60,006 bases of DNA from Ignavibacteriota bacterium (GTDB lineage Bacteria > Bacteroidota > Ignavibacteria > UBA10030 > UBA6906). The stretch spans positions 118,598-178,603 of the forward strand of contig PMBF01000076.1 of assembly GCA_003152875.1 (NCBI GenBank). The letters are read 5' to 3'. A program made the translations under genes and the position numbers. The notes beneath the pieces were generated by a model. That model was not told where the DNA came from and searched no databases. It was given only the letters and a program-made list of their open reading frames with translations. Below are positions 46,897-56,439 of the stretch, piece by piece. Numbering within the stretch: the first letter of the stretch is position 1; each line of letters starts with the position of its first letter.

Positions 46897-47117
46897 CGCT
46901 TCATTCCTGATTGTTGACCCGCCCCTGCTGGTGTGTAGTCTATAGGAAGGTTGCAACATTGGTGCCAAACTGCAATCATATCGCCAACTATATAAGTGGC
47001 ATATGGCAGGCTCATTGGGCTAATCTGCCACTCACGTGACCGAGGCTCAGCAAGGTAACAACCCTCTATTGGGGAATCTTCTTCTGGAAGAAGAGGTCTC
47101 TCGTTCAAGAGGAGCAT
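46893..47117 (-). CDS. small hypothetical protein (up to 74 aa)
   Basis: It is the only other ORF in this gap and is translationally coupled to the 60-aa ORF. The N-terminal part looks weakly protein-like, so the real start may be internal. Confidence 0.25.
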   Translation of the reverse strand: MLLLNERPLLPEEDSPIEGCYLAEPRSREWQISPMSLPYATYIVGDMIAVWHQCCNLPIDYTPAGAGQQSGMKR

Positions 47118-47165
47118 CCGGCGCGTTTGATCCAGGCACCCTGCGGTGAGCCTTGCCGTCCTGCG

Positions 47166-47588
47166 CTATTCTGCGTGTTCTGTGAATGAGCCTCCCCCTT
47201 TTACCTGTCTCCTTAGCTCAAGGCCCTTCACGATGACGTATGCAATCAAGGCAAAGACGAAAAACAACAGCAGCATCCATGCAATGCCCTGCAGTGTCCC
47301 GATAACAGTCCGGTAAAGCTCAAGCACCCATCGATCCTGCGTTAGCAAAACGATGGCACTACCCTGCGTCGGTGGTGTGATATACTTCTCCAGATCCCAC
47401 ACTCTCACCCCTCCGGAGATGCCGACAACATAGATCGCGAAGACGATGTATTTTGCCCACGCAACAAAGAGATCCTCGGTAACCAGTCTTTCCAGGATTC
47501 TATTGATCGGCGCGCGAAAGAGCCACGCAACGATGAAGCTCACGGCGAAGGCGAGCAGGAAATTCACGACAAGAAGTGTCACAAACAT
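47166..47588 (-). CDS. hypothetical membrane protein (3 TM)
   Basis: 140 aa with three clear hydrophobic helices and a plausible RBS (AAGGAGG) before the ATG. I recognise no family. Confidence 0.55.
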   Translation of the reverse strand: MFVTLLVVNFLLAFAVSFIVAWLFRAPINRILERLVTEDLFVAWAKYIVFAIYVVGISGGVRVWDLEKYITPPTQGSAIVLLTQDRWVLELYRTVIGTLQGIAWMLLLFFVFALIAYVIVKGLELRRQVKGGGSFTEHAE

Positions 47589-47855
47589 AGGAGCCTCCTT
47601 GATTTAATGGAGCGGTTTCTCATGGCATGCAATGACGAAGCCGCGGCACACTCTGCGGGGCTGAGGTGCTCTGTGCGGCCGCCGGGGAACAACCCGTTAA
47701 TGGTTCGATCTATCGGTCTCTATTGTTCTTCAATGCTCCTGGCTCCTGAACCTGTCCGCTCGGGCGGCCCGCCGCCCAAGGAGTCGATGATACAGCAATC
47801 TGGTTGTTGCAGCACTCCATCGAATGATGGCGTCAGGCTGATCCCCCGGAGGATG

Positions 47856-49022
47856 TCACTGCTTCGTTTCCGAAGCGAAAGGAAGCGGATCATACAGTCC
47901 ACGGCATAGTCCCTCGGTGGTGTTGCCCTGGGAATCCAGAAAGGCGGAAACATTCGTTAGCACGACCAATCCGACGTGTTCGTTTCTCTCAAAGATAACT
48001 CCGGACGTATATCCGCCAGTCGCGCCAAATGCGCCCACATGATGCTTTCCACGATCGCTATACGTCGCCCATCCGAGTCCTCCCGTGAGATGCTGGTCAA
48101 ATTGCTTCGTCGTCTTCTGAGCCAGCCAGAAATACGTGGTATCGCTCATGTTGGCTTTGAGGTACTTCACAAGATCCCTGACTGAAGATTTTATCCCGCC
48201 CGCTCCCGTCAGCGCTCCGCAATCTCCGTCGCCGTGAGGAAGCAGTTGACCTATGGGATCTCTTCCGCGGACCATAGTTCGCATACGTTCATTGTTGAGT
48301 GTCACAAAAGTACTCCGCATGCCTAGAGGAACGCAAATGGTCTCAAAGAGAAGCTCTTCATACGACTTCGCCGAGATCAACGTCAGGATATGACCTAACA
48401 GCCCTCCGCCGAGGTTGGAATACGTTCTTTTCTCACCTGGCGTGGATTGCAGCGTCATATGACGGGACAGATACTCGTAGAGCCTTTTCACGCCATAGTA
48501 TTGGTAGGGACAATAAGGGTCAAATGGGTGCTCCGTATTGCCTTTGACATTGTCCGGTTCGAAGGGGAGCCCGGAGGTGTGGTCAGCAAGATGAACGAGG
48601 GTGATCTCGTGCCCGTTACGAGAGCTTTGATTCAAGGGGAGAGGAAGGATATTCCTGATCGGCTCGTTGAGATCGACTCTCCCGTCGTAGACGAGCTTGG
48701 CAAGCATCGTGCCGGTAAAGGTTTTCGTGATGGAACCTATCTCAAAGACGCTGTCGCTGTTCTCGATATATACCAGAGAGTCATTGCGTCGTAGGATTCC
48801 GATATACTTCTCCGAATCGCCTTTGATGATACAAATGGACAGTTGCGTCTCATTCGGGAAATGCTTGGCATAGCTGAAAACTACCTGCGCCTGTGAAGAA
48901 TCCAGCAGGTCCCGGTTCTCCGACGCCGGCAATGTCACCAGTGCTTTCGAACCATACTCTGAGCAAGATGCGGCACCGAGCAGCACCAGAAGACCACAAC
49001 ATACCGCTTCTCGTGAAATCAT
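47856..49022 (-). CDS. serine hydrolase, class C beta-lactamase / esterase family
   Basis: 388 aa with an N-terminal signal or lipoprotein-like sequence, the SxxK motif (GSITKTF), the YxN motif (YSNLGGG) and a late GGYTSG. Confidence 0.85.
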   Translation of the reverse strand: MISREAVCCGLLVLLGAASCSEYGSKALVTLPASENRDLLDSSQAQVVFSYAKHFPNETQLSICIIKGDSEKYIGILRRNDSLVYIENSDSVFEIGSITKTFTGTMLAKLVYDGRVDLNEPIRNILPLPLNQSSRNGHEITLVHLADHTSGLPFEPDNVKGNTEHPFDPYCPYQYYGVKRLYEYLSRHMTLQSTPGEKRTYSNLGGGLLGHILTLISAKSYEELLFETICVPLGMRSTFVTLNNERMRTMVRGRDPIGQLLPHGDGDCGALTGAGGIKSSVRDLVKYLKANMSDTTYFWLAQKTTKQFDQHLTGGLGWATYSDRGKHHVGAFGATGGYTSGVIFERNEHVGLVVLTNVSAFLDSQGNTTEGLCRGLYDPLPFASETKQ

Positions 49023-49053
49023 GGTTCACATCGTCCTTATGCCGCCAACGACG

Positions 49054-49086
49054 AAGCCCATCCCTCATGTTCAGGAGGATGGGCTT
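49054..49086. other. 10-bp perfect hairpin in the leader of the serine hydrolase gene
   Basis: AAGCCCATCC (49054-49063) pairs with GGATGGGCTT (49077-49086) across a 13-nt loop. A possible minus-strand promoter TTGACA, 17-nt spacer, TACCTT lies upstream of it. Confidence 0.35.
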
Positions 49087-49185
49087 TAGCCCCAAGCCTT
49101 GCCTTCAACACAATCGCTGCAACAGGAAGGTACTCGCCATTGCAACAAATGTCAACCAGCCGAATGGGGACCGTGTTTCTGTATT

Positions 49186-49743
49186 TCAGTCGACAAACAC
49201 CCAGACTTCTGAGTCCTCCCGTTCATTGTTGATGTACACAGCCCCGCCAGTTTTGCTGAGAAACGGGAGCAGTCGTTTCCAGTTGAAGGCAATGTCGTTG
49301 TCGCCTTTGTCGCCAGTTTCAATTTCGACATCCCCGAGCCTCAATCGGAAGGTCCTCTCCCCATTCTTGTAAGTCTCCATGACAATGCTCCCTTTGCCTC
49401 CGGCATGACGAGGGAGGTCCAGGTCTTTTAGATAGAGGGTTACCTCTGAACCGTTGTCAGGGTCTTCTGCACGGGCAATGTCTCTTGTCCCATCCAGGAC
49501 ATCTCTGATCATTTGCTTTGTGATCAGATCGCTGTGTCCGTGGTTGTGAAAATGCAGGGAGCCGTCTTTGTCTGCCTCGACCATGGCAACAGCGATTTCC
49601 CGGGTGACAGCGATTCGTGTCATTCCTTGATCATCGCTCTTGACCTCAATCCAGAGTGCAGACCTGGAGTTGCCCGCCGAGGAAGCAGCTGCACCGAGGA
49701 GTATGCTGGTTGCGATAATAAGAAACCGCTGCAAGTTGTTCAT
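49186..49743 (-). CDS. secreted hypothetical protein with a His-rich motif
   Basis: 185 aa with a signal peptide (LIIATSILLGAAASSAG) and the motif HFHNHGHSD. I recognise no family. Confidence 0.55.
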   Translation of the reverse strand: MNNLQRFLIIATSILLGAAASSAGNSRSALWIEVKSDDQGMTRIAVTREIAVAMVEADKDGSLHFHNHGHSDLITKQMIRDVLDGTRDIARAEDPDNGSEVTLYLKDLDLPRHAGGKGSIVMETYKNGERTFRLRLGDVEIETGDKGDNDIAFNWKRLLPFLSKTGGAVYINNEREDSEVWVFVD

Positions 49744-49818
49744 TGGGGACCCTCAGAGAATTGCAAGGAAATGACTCACTTCTCAAGTACGTGTCCTGCA
49801 GCTGGAAGTTGCTCTGCT

Positions 49819-50097
49819 TCAGTAATATGCAATGAATGGCACGTATTGTCTTACATGCTGCAAAGCGGACCGACAGGCCCGATTATCAGCTTTAACGCCT
49901 GTTCGGTGCAGACCCATGCAACCTTCCGGGAAAAATCCAAATACATCTCTGACCCCCGCATGCATCAGTGGCTGTTTACCTGGCAGTGCTTCAGAGTACG
50001 CAGGTATCAAGTGATCAACGTTGTCGATGATCTGGTTGATGACAGACTGCAAGGACCGGTCACGCATGCCGACTTCCTCCCGTGTTATGGCTTGCAC
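49819..50097 (-). CDS. doubtful small ORF (92 aa) downstream of ggt
   Basis: It is the only minus-strand ORF in a 400-nt gap. The N-terminal half looks protein-like (SLQSVINQIIDNVDHLIPAYSEAL) but the C-terminal half does not, so it may be a gene fragment. Confidence 0.2.
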   Translation of the reverse strand: MQAITREEVGMRDRSLQSVINQIIDNVDHLIPAYSEALPGKQPLMHAGVRDVFGFFPEGCMGLHRTGVKADNRACRSALQHVRQYVPFIAYY

Positions 50098-50148
50098 CTT
50101 GCCAGTGGCCCCGAGTATGTGCCATCCATGTTCTGAACGACACGTGCT

Positions 50149-51867
50149 TCAGTAGCCTCTTGCCACCCCATCCGGACTGCGAGGATCAGCAGCACCATCG
50201 AGGGTTTTGTTCTTAGCATCACATCGTATGCCCATGGCATCATTGTGAATCAAATCGTAGCCAGTGCGGGTTTTGTGGCCATAACGTTCATAGAGTGTTT
50301 GTTCGCCAGGAGAGAGAACCCCCTGTTCCAGGATTGTTGTATCGGGCATCCATTGATGATGAATTCGCTTATGTGCAATTGCTTCCGCGATATCCATGTC
50401 AAAATCAACAACGTTAAGGATTACCTGTAACACGGTATTTGGTATAGTCCGCCCGCCGGGAGCCCCGATGACAAGAAAAGGCCGTTTGTCTTTCAGGACA
50501 ATGGTGGGACTCATGCTCGACAACATTCTCTTTTCAGGCGCTATGAGATTCGGCGCCGTTCCGATGGTCCCTTGGTCATCAGTCTTCTGTGGAATTGGGT
50601 TGAAATCCCCCATCTCATTGTTCAACAGGAATCCTGCTCCATCAACAACAATGGCAGAACCAAACCAGCCCTCAATGGTAAACGTCAGGGATACCGCATT
50701 GCCCTGGGCATCCATGACTGAAAGATGAGTCGTATGCGGACTCTCTATTCCAGGTTCACCATCTTCAATCTTGCTTTGCAGTGTCGTGTCCGATCGAATC
50801 ATGCCTCGAAGCTTCAATGAGTATTCTTTGGATGCAAGCCTGTCCAAAGGGATTTGGGGATTCGAGTCGATATCACCTAGGTATCTTGCCCGATCCAGAT
50901 ATGCCAATCGCATACTCTCAGTGAGTACGTGCAAATACTGAACGGAATTATGACCCATTCTCCTCAGGTCATAACCTTCCAGCGTATTCAGCATTTCTGC
51001 AAGGACTACGCCCCCAGAACTGGGAAGCCCCATGGAATAAACGTCATATCCTCTGTATGTGCAGTGAATCGGTTCCCGTTCGACTGCAGTGTACTTCCTG
51101 AGATCGTCAGATGTGATTAAGCCTCCAGTCTTGCGCATGAACTCACATATCAATGCCGCGGTTCTCCCGTTATAGAAATCCTCCTTCCCATATACTGATA
51201 TCCGTCGCAATGTCGCCGCAAGATCGGGTTGGCGCCAGATCTCCCCGGGAGTGTACACGGAGCCATCCGCCTTGAGAAATGCCTTCACGGACGAAGGATA
51301 TCGTGAGACTTGGTCTTTGAACAACGCGAAATTGTCCGACAAGAAATGACTCACTGTGATTCCGTTCTCCGCCAGATCAATTGCAGGTTCGAGGAGTTGT
51401 TTCCATGGCAGTTTCCCGAATTTGTCGTGCGCCATCTCCAGGCCAGCAACGGTGCCCGGGACCCCTACGGAGCGTATTCCGTCGTGATTCGAATTATTCA
51501 CAATGTCGCCCTGATCATCGAGGTACATTCTCTCATGCGAAGCGAGCGGGGCTTTTTCCCGAAAATCGATGCTGGTGATACTCCCATCGTTCTTGGAGAG
51601 CAGAAGAAATCCACCCCCTCCAATGTTTCCTGCTCCGGGGTACGTCACTGCCAAAGCGAACGCCATTGCGACTGCCGCATCAATCGCATTACCTCCTTCC
51701 TTCAAAGTTCGAACTCCAATTTCTGACGCATTTCGTTCCGAACATACAACCATCCCGTTTCTTGCGGTAACTGGCTTGGGGGCCTGGGCCTGGACATCAA
51801 GAGGAAGAATCGTCAAGCCGGCAAGTGCTAAGATGCCCAGAAGTGATGCGTGTTTGCTCATTTCCAT
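50149..51867 (-). CDS. ggt: gamma-glutamyltransferase
   Basis: Signal peptide from MEMSKHASLLGILALAGL, an autoprocessing region with the nucleophile (SPHTTHLSVMD) and the small-subunit motif (KRMLSSMSPTIV). The ORF track start is 51918. Confidence 0.9.
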   Translation of the reverse strand: MEMSKHASLLGILALAGLTILPLDVQAQAPKPVTARNGMVVCSERNASEIGVRTLKEGGNAIDAAVAMAFALAVTYPGAGNIGGGGFLLLSKNDGSITSIDFREKAPLASHERMYLDDQGDIVNNSNHDGIRSVGVPGTVAGLEMAHDKFGKLPWKQLLEPAIDLAENGITVSHFLSDNFALFKDQVSRYPSSVKAFLKADGSVYTPGEIWRQPDLAATLRRISVYGKEDFYNGRTAALICEFMRKTGGLITSDDLRKYTAVEREPIHCTYRGYDVYSMGLPSSGGVVLAEMLNTLEGYDLRRMGHNSVQYLHVLTESMRLAYLDRARYLGDIDSNPQIPLDRLASKEYSLKLRGMIRSDTTLQSKIEDGEPGIESPHTTHLSVMDAQGNAVSLTFTIEGWFGSAIVVDGAGFLLNNEMGDFNPIPQKTDDQGTIGTAPNLIAPEKRMLSSMSPTIVLKDKRPFLVIGAPGGRTIPNTVLQVILNVVDFDMDIAEAIAHKRIHHQWMPDTTILEQGVLSPGEQTLYERYGHKTRTGYDLIHNDAMGIRCDAKNKTLDGAADPRSPDGVARGY

Positions 51868-51921
51868 TGACTTTTCTCTATTGGCAAGTCCAAGACACAC
51901 GCATAGTGTCGATGTCATGGG

Positions 51922-52842
51922 TCATCTTCTGTTCTGGAACGCATCGATTTCAGGCCTGAACGGCGCGGATGGTTGCGCCCCCAACCGGGTCACTGAAATT
52001 GCCGCTGCAGCTGCAGCAAACCTTGCAGATTCGGCGAGTGTCCGGCCCTCGACCAGCGCAACCGCGAGACACCCGCAGTAGACGTCGCCCGCAGCCGTGG
52101 TATCCACCGCATCGACCTTGAACGCCCGGATCCATTCACACATTCCGGGAGACGCCACATATGCCCCCTTTGCGCCCAGCGTGATGATGACTGTTTCACA
52201 TCCAGCCTTCAACAACTCTTGAGCAGCGATTTCTGCAGACTCTTCCGATGCTACTCTGATGCCGGACAACATCCCTGCCTCGGATTCATTCACCACGAGG
52301 ATCGCTACTTTCCTGAGATACGATCTGTCAATGTCCCTTGCCGGTGCACAGTTCCACAGGACTCTTGCCTTATGCCTCTCACAAACGTCAAGAACATATT
52401 TCAAGGTCTCGGGCAGGATCTCATACTGGAGGACGACGATCGCGGCTTCTTTGATCAGCGTCTCCGCTCTGTCGATGTGGGCTGGGGTAAGCCTGTAATT
52501 CGCACCCGGAGCTACCGAGAGATAGTTGGCACCCTGCTCTCCAATCATTACGAGGGCTGCTCCGCTTGGAATCCCCATCTCCTGAAAGACGAAATCAGCG
52601 TGAATTCCCTCTCTGTTGAATTGCTCCAGGATCCTGGCCCCGGCATCATCGTCGCCAACACAATTGACAAAATATACGTTTCCGCCCGCCCGCGCAGCCC
52701 CGACGGCCTGGTTCGCTCCTTTGCCACCAAATGTCTGCATAAAGACGGCATCGGTGATTGTCTCGCCCACGCCAGGGAGTCTTGGCATCTTCATGATGAA
52801 GTCGATATTGGAGCTCCCGATGACGACGATGTTCTTGTTCAT
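51922..52842 (-). CDS. rbsK: ribokinase
   Basis: 306 aa of the PfkB family with FGGKGANQAV and VDTTAAGDVY. Confidence 0.88.
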   Translation of the reverse strand: MNKNIVVIGSSNIDFIMKMPRLPGVGETITDAVFMQTFGGKGANQAVGAARAGGNVYFVNCVGDDDAGARILEQFNREGIHADFVFQEMGIPSGAALVMIGEQGANYLSVAPGANYRLTPAHIDRAETLIKEAAIVVLQYEILPETLKYVLDVCERHKARVLWNCAPARDIDRSYLRKVAILVVNESEAGMLSGIRVASEESAEIAAQELLKAGCETVIITLGAKGAYVASPGMCEWIRAFKVDAVDTTAAGDVYCGCLAVALVEGRTLAESARFAAAAAAISVTRLGAQPSAPFRPEIDAFQNRR

Positions 52843-52866
52843 GATGCATTCTTCCCTTGCTAACGA

Positions 52867-53868
52867 TCAGAGCTTCGCAGCCACGATGAGCCCCAGACCG
52901 ATGATGAATGTGCCGAACATCACAGCCAGGTACCTTGTGATCGAGGGGGGAGCCCCGCTGAACTCTTTGTACACAAAGACTCCCCATGCGGCACCGATCA
53001 TGGTGGCACCCTGACCCAGCCCATAGGAGATTGCGGGACCTGCTTTGTCGGAAGCTATCAGGTTGAACAGAAAGCCGGTGTTGAATATCAACCCACCCGC
53101 CAGACCTATCAGATGACGTTTCAGTGTTCCGCTCACGAAATACCCCGTGTACGTTGACCTGTTCCCATCAACGGGTTTGTACATGAAATACGTATTCCAT
53201 ACAAAATTGGATAGAAAAAGCCCGATGGAAAAAATGAGCACGGCTGAATAGGGCGTGAGTTTCCCGGACTCGGGTGTCATGAAATTCAGTGTCAGACTGT
53301 CGGCCACGAACCTGTAGAAGAATCCCATGATAATTCCGGCGAGGACCGACAGGACAATGCCTTTGGTTGGAGAGGTCCTCCTTGATCCCGATGTTTTCGC
53401 AGAAGCGACAGCATTCACCACCATCGCTACGACCACCAGGAGGACTCCCGAAAACAACAGGAGCGGGTCACCCTGGGGTTGTTTGAGATAGTTGACGATC
53501 ACTCCAATCACCAGCGCCAGACCCACGCCGATGGGAAAAGCGACCGATAATCCGGCCACCGATATTGCAGCAACGATGAGGAGATTCGAGAGATTGAAGA
53601 CAATCCCTCCGAGACCGGCCGAGAGGATTGAGGAAGGACTGGCCTGCATGAGGTCGTTCACGAAACCCCTGCCGCCGTTGCCGCTGCTTCCCATGGTCAG
53701 TCCGAAGAGAAGCGCCGCAACAATGAGCCCGAGCGAGTAATCCCAGTAAAACATCGGGAAGGGCCAGTTCTTGTTCGAGACCTTGGATGTGTTCGCCCAC
53801 GAGCCCCAGCAGAGCATGGTCACGATGCAAAAGACGACGGCTACGGGATATTCATGGATGATATACAT
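52867..53868 (-). CDS. DMT-superfamily (GRP-type) sugar transporter, putative ribose/glucose uptake
   Basis: 333 aa with about 10 TM helices and N-terminal CWGSWANT. It lies adjacent to ribokinase. The family call is from memory. Confidence 0.7.
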   Translation of the reverse strand: MYIIHEYPVAVVFCIVTMLCWGSWANTSKVSNKNWPFPMFYWDYSLGLIVAALLFGLTMGSSGNGGRGFVNDLMQASPSSILSAGLGGIVFNLSNLLIVAAISVAGLSVAFPIGVGLALVIGVIVNYLKQPQGDPLLLFSGVLLVVVAMVVNAVASAKTSGSRRTSPTKGIVLSVLAGIIMGFFYRFVADSLTLNFMTPESGKLTPYSAVLIFSIGLFLSNFVWNTYFMYKPVDGNRSTYTGYFVSGTLKRHLIGLAGGLIFNTGFLFNLIASDKAGPAISYGLGQGATMIGAAWGVFVYKEFSGAPPSITRYLAVMFGTFIIGLGLIVAAKL

Positions 53869-53881
53869 GGTCAGGTCCCTG

Positions 53882-55783
53882 TCAGTGATGACTCTGCAGT
53901 AAGGATAAGTATGTCACGGCACCGATGGCATGATAGAACGGGACTCCCCACACCTCCTGTGTATTCCATTCGATGGCGTTCGACGTCTCCATATACGGAG
54001 TATCGTCCAATCGACCGACAAAACCGTCCACGGTCGCGTCGGGAATCCGGTAATTCACGAACGATGCGATGACGGGATGCCTGAAACCCAGGCCGGTAAA
54101 CAGACAGAGACCTGTGGTGTTATGGCCGGTCGCCCATTGGATCAATTTCTCGCTCTGGCCGCGGTAGAGATCATTCTTCCAGAGGAATGCGGCCCGCGCG
54201 AGGAGATACGCATGATGCATGAGTACGGCATCAGTCCCGTGGACCATTTCCTGCGCATTGAGCGGACTGATGAAGGTGCGCACGGAATTTCCTCCGCCGG
54301 CATCGCGAAAGGCCACTTCATCGGCATGGAGCGGCTTCACGAATACCCCATACGGTGTTACAGAGAAAGGGTTACTGGCTGCATCCCTCAACAGATAGGA
54401 TTCGATATATCTTCTCACTGCCGCCGCCGATCGTTTCGTCAGGTCCGCCATCCCGGGAATGTTAAGTTCGCAGAGGCGAAGCAACGCCATCGCCGGTTCC
54501 GCATTCCACACAATACTGCGGTATCCGTCAGTCTTCCCTTTCTCGTAAAAGTATCCGCTCAAACGATATTCGCCGGTTTCCTGGCGACCCAGGAGCTCAT
54601 TGGCCAGCCCTTCAATCACTGCTTCGTTCACTCCTGCCAGGCCCGAGGCGTGCAATTCGCAGGCGGCCAGCAACTCCTCGGCCACGAACAACGTTCTCCC
54701 GTCATGCTCCACTTTTCTGCTGTACTTCCATCCCAGTTCGGCGAGGTGCTGGCACTTCAGGGCCTCAGCGGCCCCTAGAACCCCCGATGCTAAGACCTGA
54801 TTCCGGATGAAAAGGAACTGGCACACCGGATTATACGTCGTCCGGATTTTCCTCTCGTCCCCGTTTTCCTTGATATTATCGCTCTTCCCCTCCCCGGAGC
54901 CCAGACACCCGGCATGGTTCTCACACCACCAATCCTCCCTGTAGTTCTTGCCGCCGCGCAGTGCGCCACTGCCGATATCTTCATAGACTCTTCCCTCCGG
55001 AGTTATCATGGCATGGAAGAAGGTGTTTCCCCACCTGACCTCTTCCCTGGCTGCGTCTTGGTATGCATGATCGGCATGTTTCGCGATCAAGCAGAGAGCT
55101 TCGATGTGTGAACTCGTTTGAGAAATCCACTTGCGGAAATCGCCTGCATCATTCCAGCCGCCGGCGGCGGGAACATACGACCCATCCGTATCGAGAACTC
55201 CGTCGTCCGCATTCTCAAGCGGTCGTATTCCGGGGGTCTCTATCCCCGACCGCTGACAGTACAGGTAGTTGAGGTAGCTGCGGATGAACCGATCATACGG
55301 ATTGCTTTCAATCACGAACGGAGTTGTGAAACCGAGCTCGGTTTCAATCTGATACAGTCCGGGCCGGGCAAACGCTGTAAAATCACCCTGCCAGAACGTC
55401 CCCCATCGCGAGTCTATTCTCTTCAATGTTCCTCTGTACGCAGGGGTATCGGCTCCGGACCGATCCAGCGCAGCGTATTTCCCCTTGTCAATATCGAAGG
55501 GCCAGTCAAAAAACTCACCCGTCCAGCTTTTCGGCAAATGTTGTTCCCGTCTCATACGCGCGCCGACGACGTGGACATAGAAGGGGATTACACCGGGAAG
55601 TGTCGAGTCCAGAAGTGACGGAAGGAGCGTGACCGTCTTCGGGCCCCTCTCCCGAAACCCCAGCTGGGACGTTACGACAGTCGGTCGATCAACGTACGTG
55701 TTGCCTGCCTGTTGCGATACAGCCTGTCCTGCTGACACCAGGACAATCCATGCGAGTGAAGCACATGTTCTCGTCATTGGCAT
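53882..55783 (-). CDS. glycoside hydrolase family 9-like protein with an N-terminal Ig-like domain
   Basis: Signal peptide, then GGWNDAGDFRKW (compare GH9 GGWYDAGDHVKF), and a length and layout like CelD_N plus an (alpha/alpha)6 barrel. The start could be 55783 or 55777. Confidence 0.65.
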   Translation of the reverse strand: MPMTRTCASLAWIVLVSAGQAVSQQAGNTYVDRPTVVTSQLGFRERGPKTVTLLPSLLDSTLPGVIPFYVHVVGARMRREQHLPKSWTGEFFDWPFDIDKGKYAALDRSGADTPAYRGTLKRIDSRWGTFWQGDFTAFARPGLYQIETELGFTTPFVIESNPYDRFIRSYLNYLYCQRSGIETPGIRPLENADDGVLDTDGSYVPAAGGWNDAGDFRKWISQTSSHIEALCLIAKHADHAYQDAAREEVRWGNTFFHAMITPEGRVYEDIGSGALRGGKNYREDWWCENHAGCLGSGEGKSDNIKENGDERKIRTTYNPVCQFLFIRNQVLASGVLGAAEALKCQHLAELGWKYSRKVEHDGRTLFVAEELLAACELHASGLAGVNEAVIEGLANELLGRQETGEYRLSGYFYEKGKTDGYRSIVWNAEPAMALLRLCELNIPGMADLTKRSAAAVRRYIESYLLRDAASNPFSVTPYGVFVKPLHADEVAFRDAGGGNSVRTFISPLNAQEMVHGTDAVLMHHAYLLARAAFLWKNDLYRGQSEKLIQWATGHNTTGLCLFTGLGFRHPVIASFVNYRIPDATVDGFVGRLDDTPYMETSNAIEWNTQEVWGVPFYHAIGAVTYLSLLQSHH

Positions 55784-56439
55784 ACGATTGTGTGTCCCTA
55801 TGAGGATCCTGCGATGAATACAAAAGGTGGGCACGAACAGCTATTCACACTTCATGCAAGTCCCGTTATCCTTGCGATGGGCGGCGTCCATACACGAAAG
55901 GCCCTCCGATTTCTCGAAGAGCCTATGCGGGTGAACGGTCCCCCCTGGGGGGGCAATATACCCACGGAGGGGGAACATAGCAACCGCAGAGGTGTGTGTT
56001 GTTGATAAGAGAAACGCCTGGAGAATCTCGGAAAAGATCGTCCCTGCGGTAGAGTGCACCAAGAAGAAACACCCGCCCAGGCGCCACCAGGCGCAATCGC
56101 GTGCAGTCGGATGCGGAAGAAGACAGACCCGGAATTCGATGCTGGCGCTCAAACAGGCGAGGCATGGGCACAGGCGAAACGAAGGTCTGATGCACAGCGG
56201 AGGATGGCGTGTGAATCAGACGCGAGCGGAACGCGTCTTGCATGAAAAAGGGGATCTCCTTCGTCTTCACAGAATCGTCGGCTTGAAGCTGACAGGAATT
56301 GACGCCATACACGAGTCCTGATCCGCCGAACCTCACTTGGTGATATCGCCTTCCTATTCTCACCGCCTCAGGATGCAAGACAAACAGCCCGAAGCAACAT
56401 TGCGTTGCCCGGGCTGTTGACAATCGCTGGACGGCATGA

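Noticed and set aside
49513-50136. A 207-codon plus-strand ORF in the lower-GC segment.
   Set aside because: It is Cys/Ser/His-rich and low in typical hydrophobic periodicity. It overlaps the 5' part of the secreted-protein gene in antisense. It is the only plus-strand ORF in 13 kb of strictly minus-strand genes.
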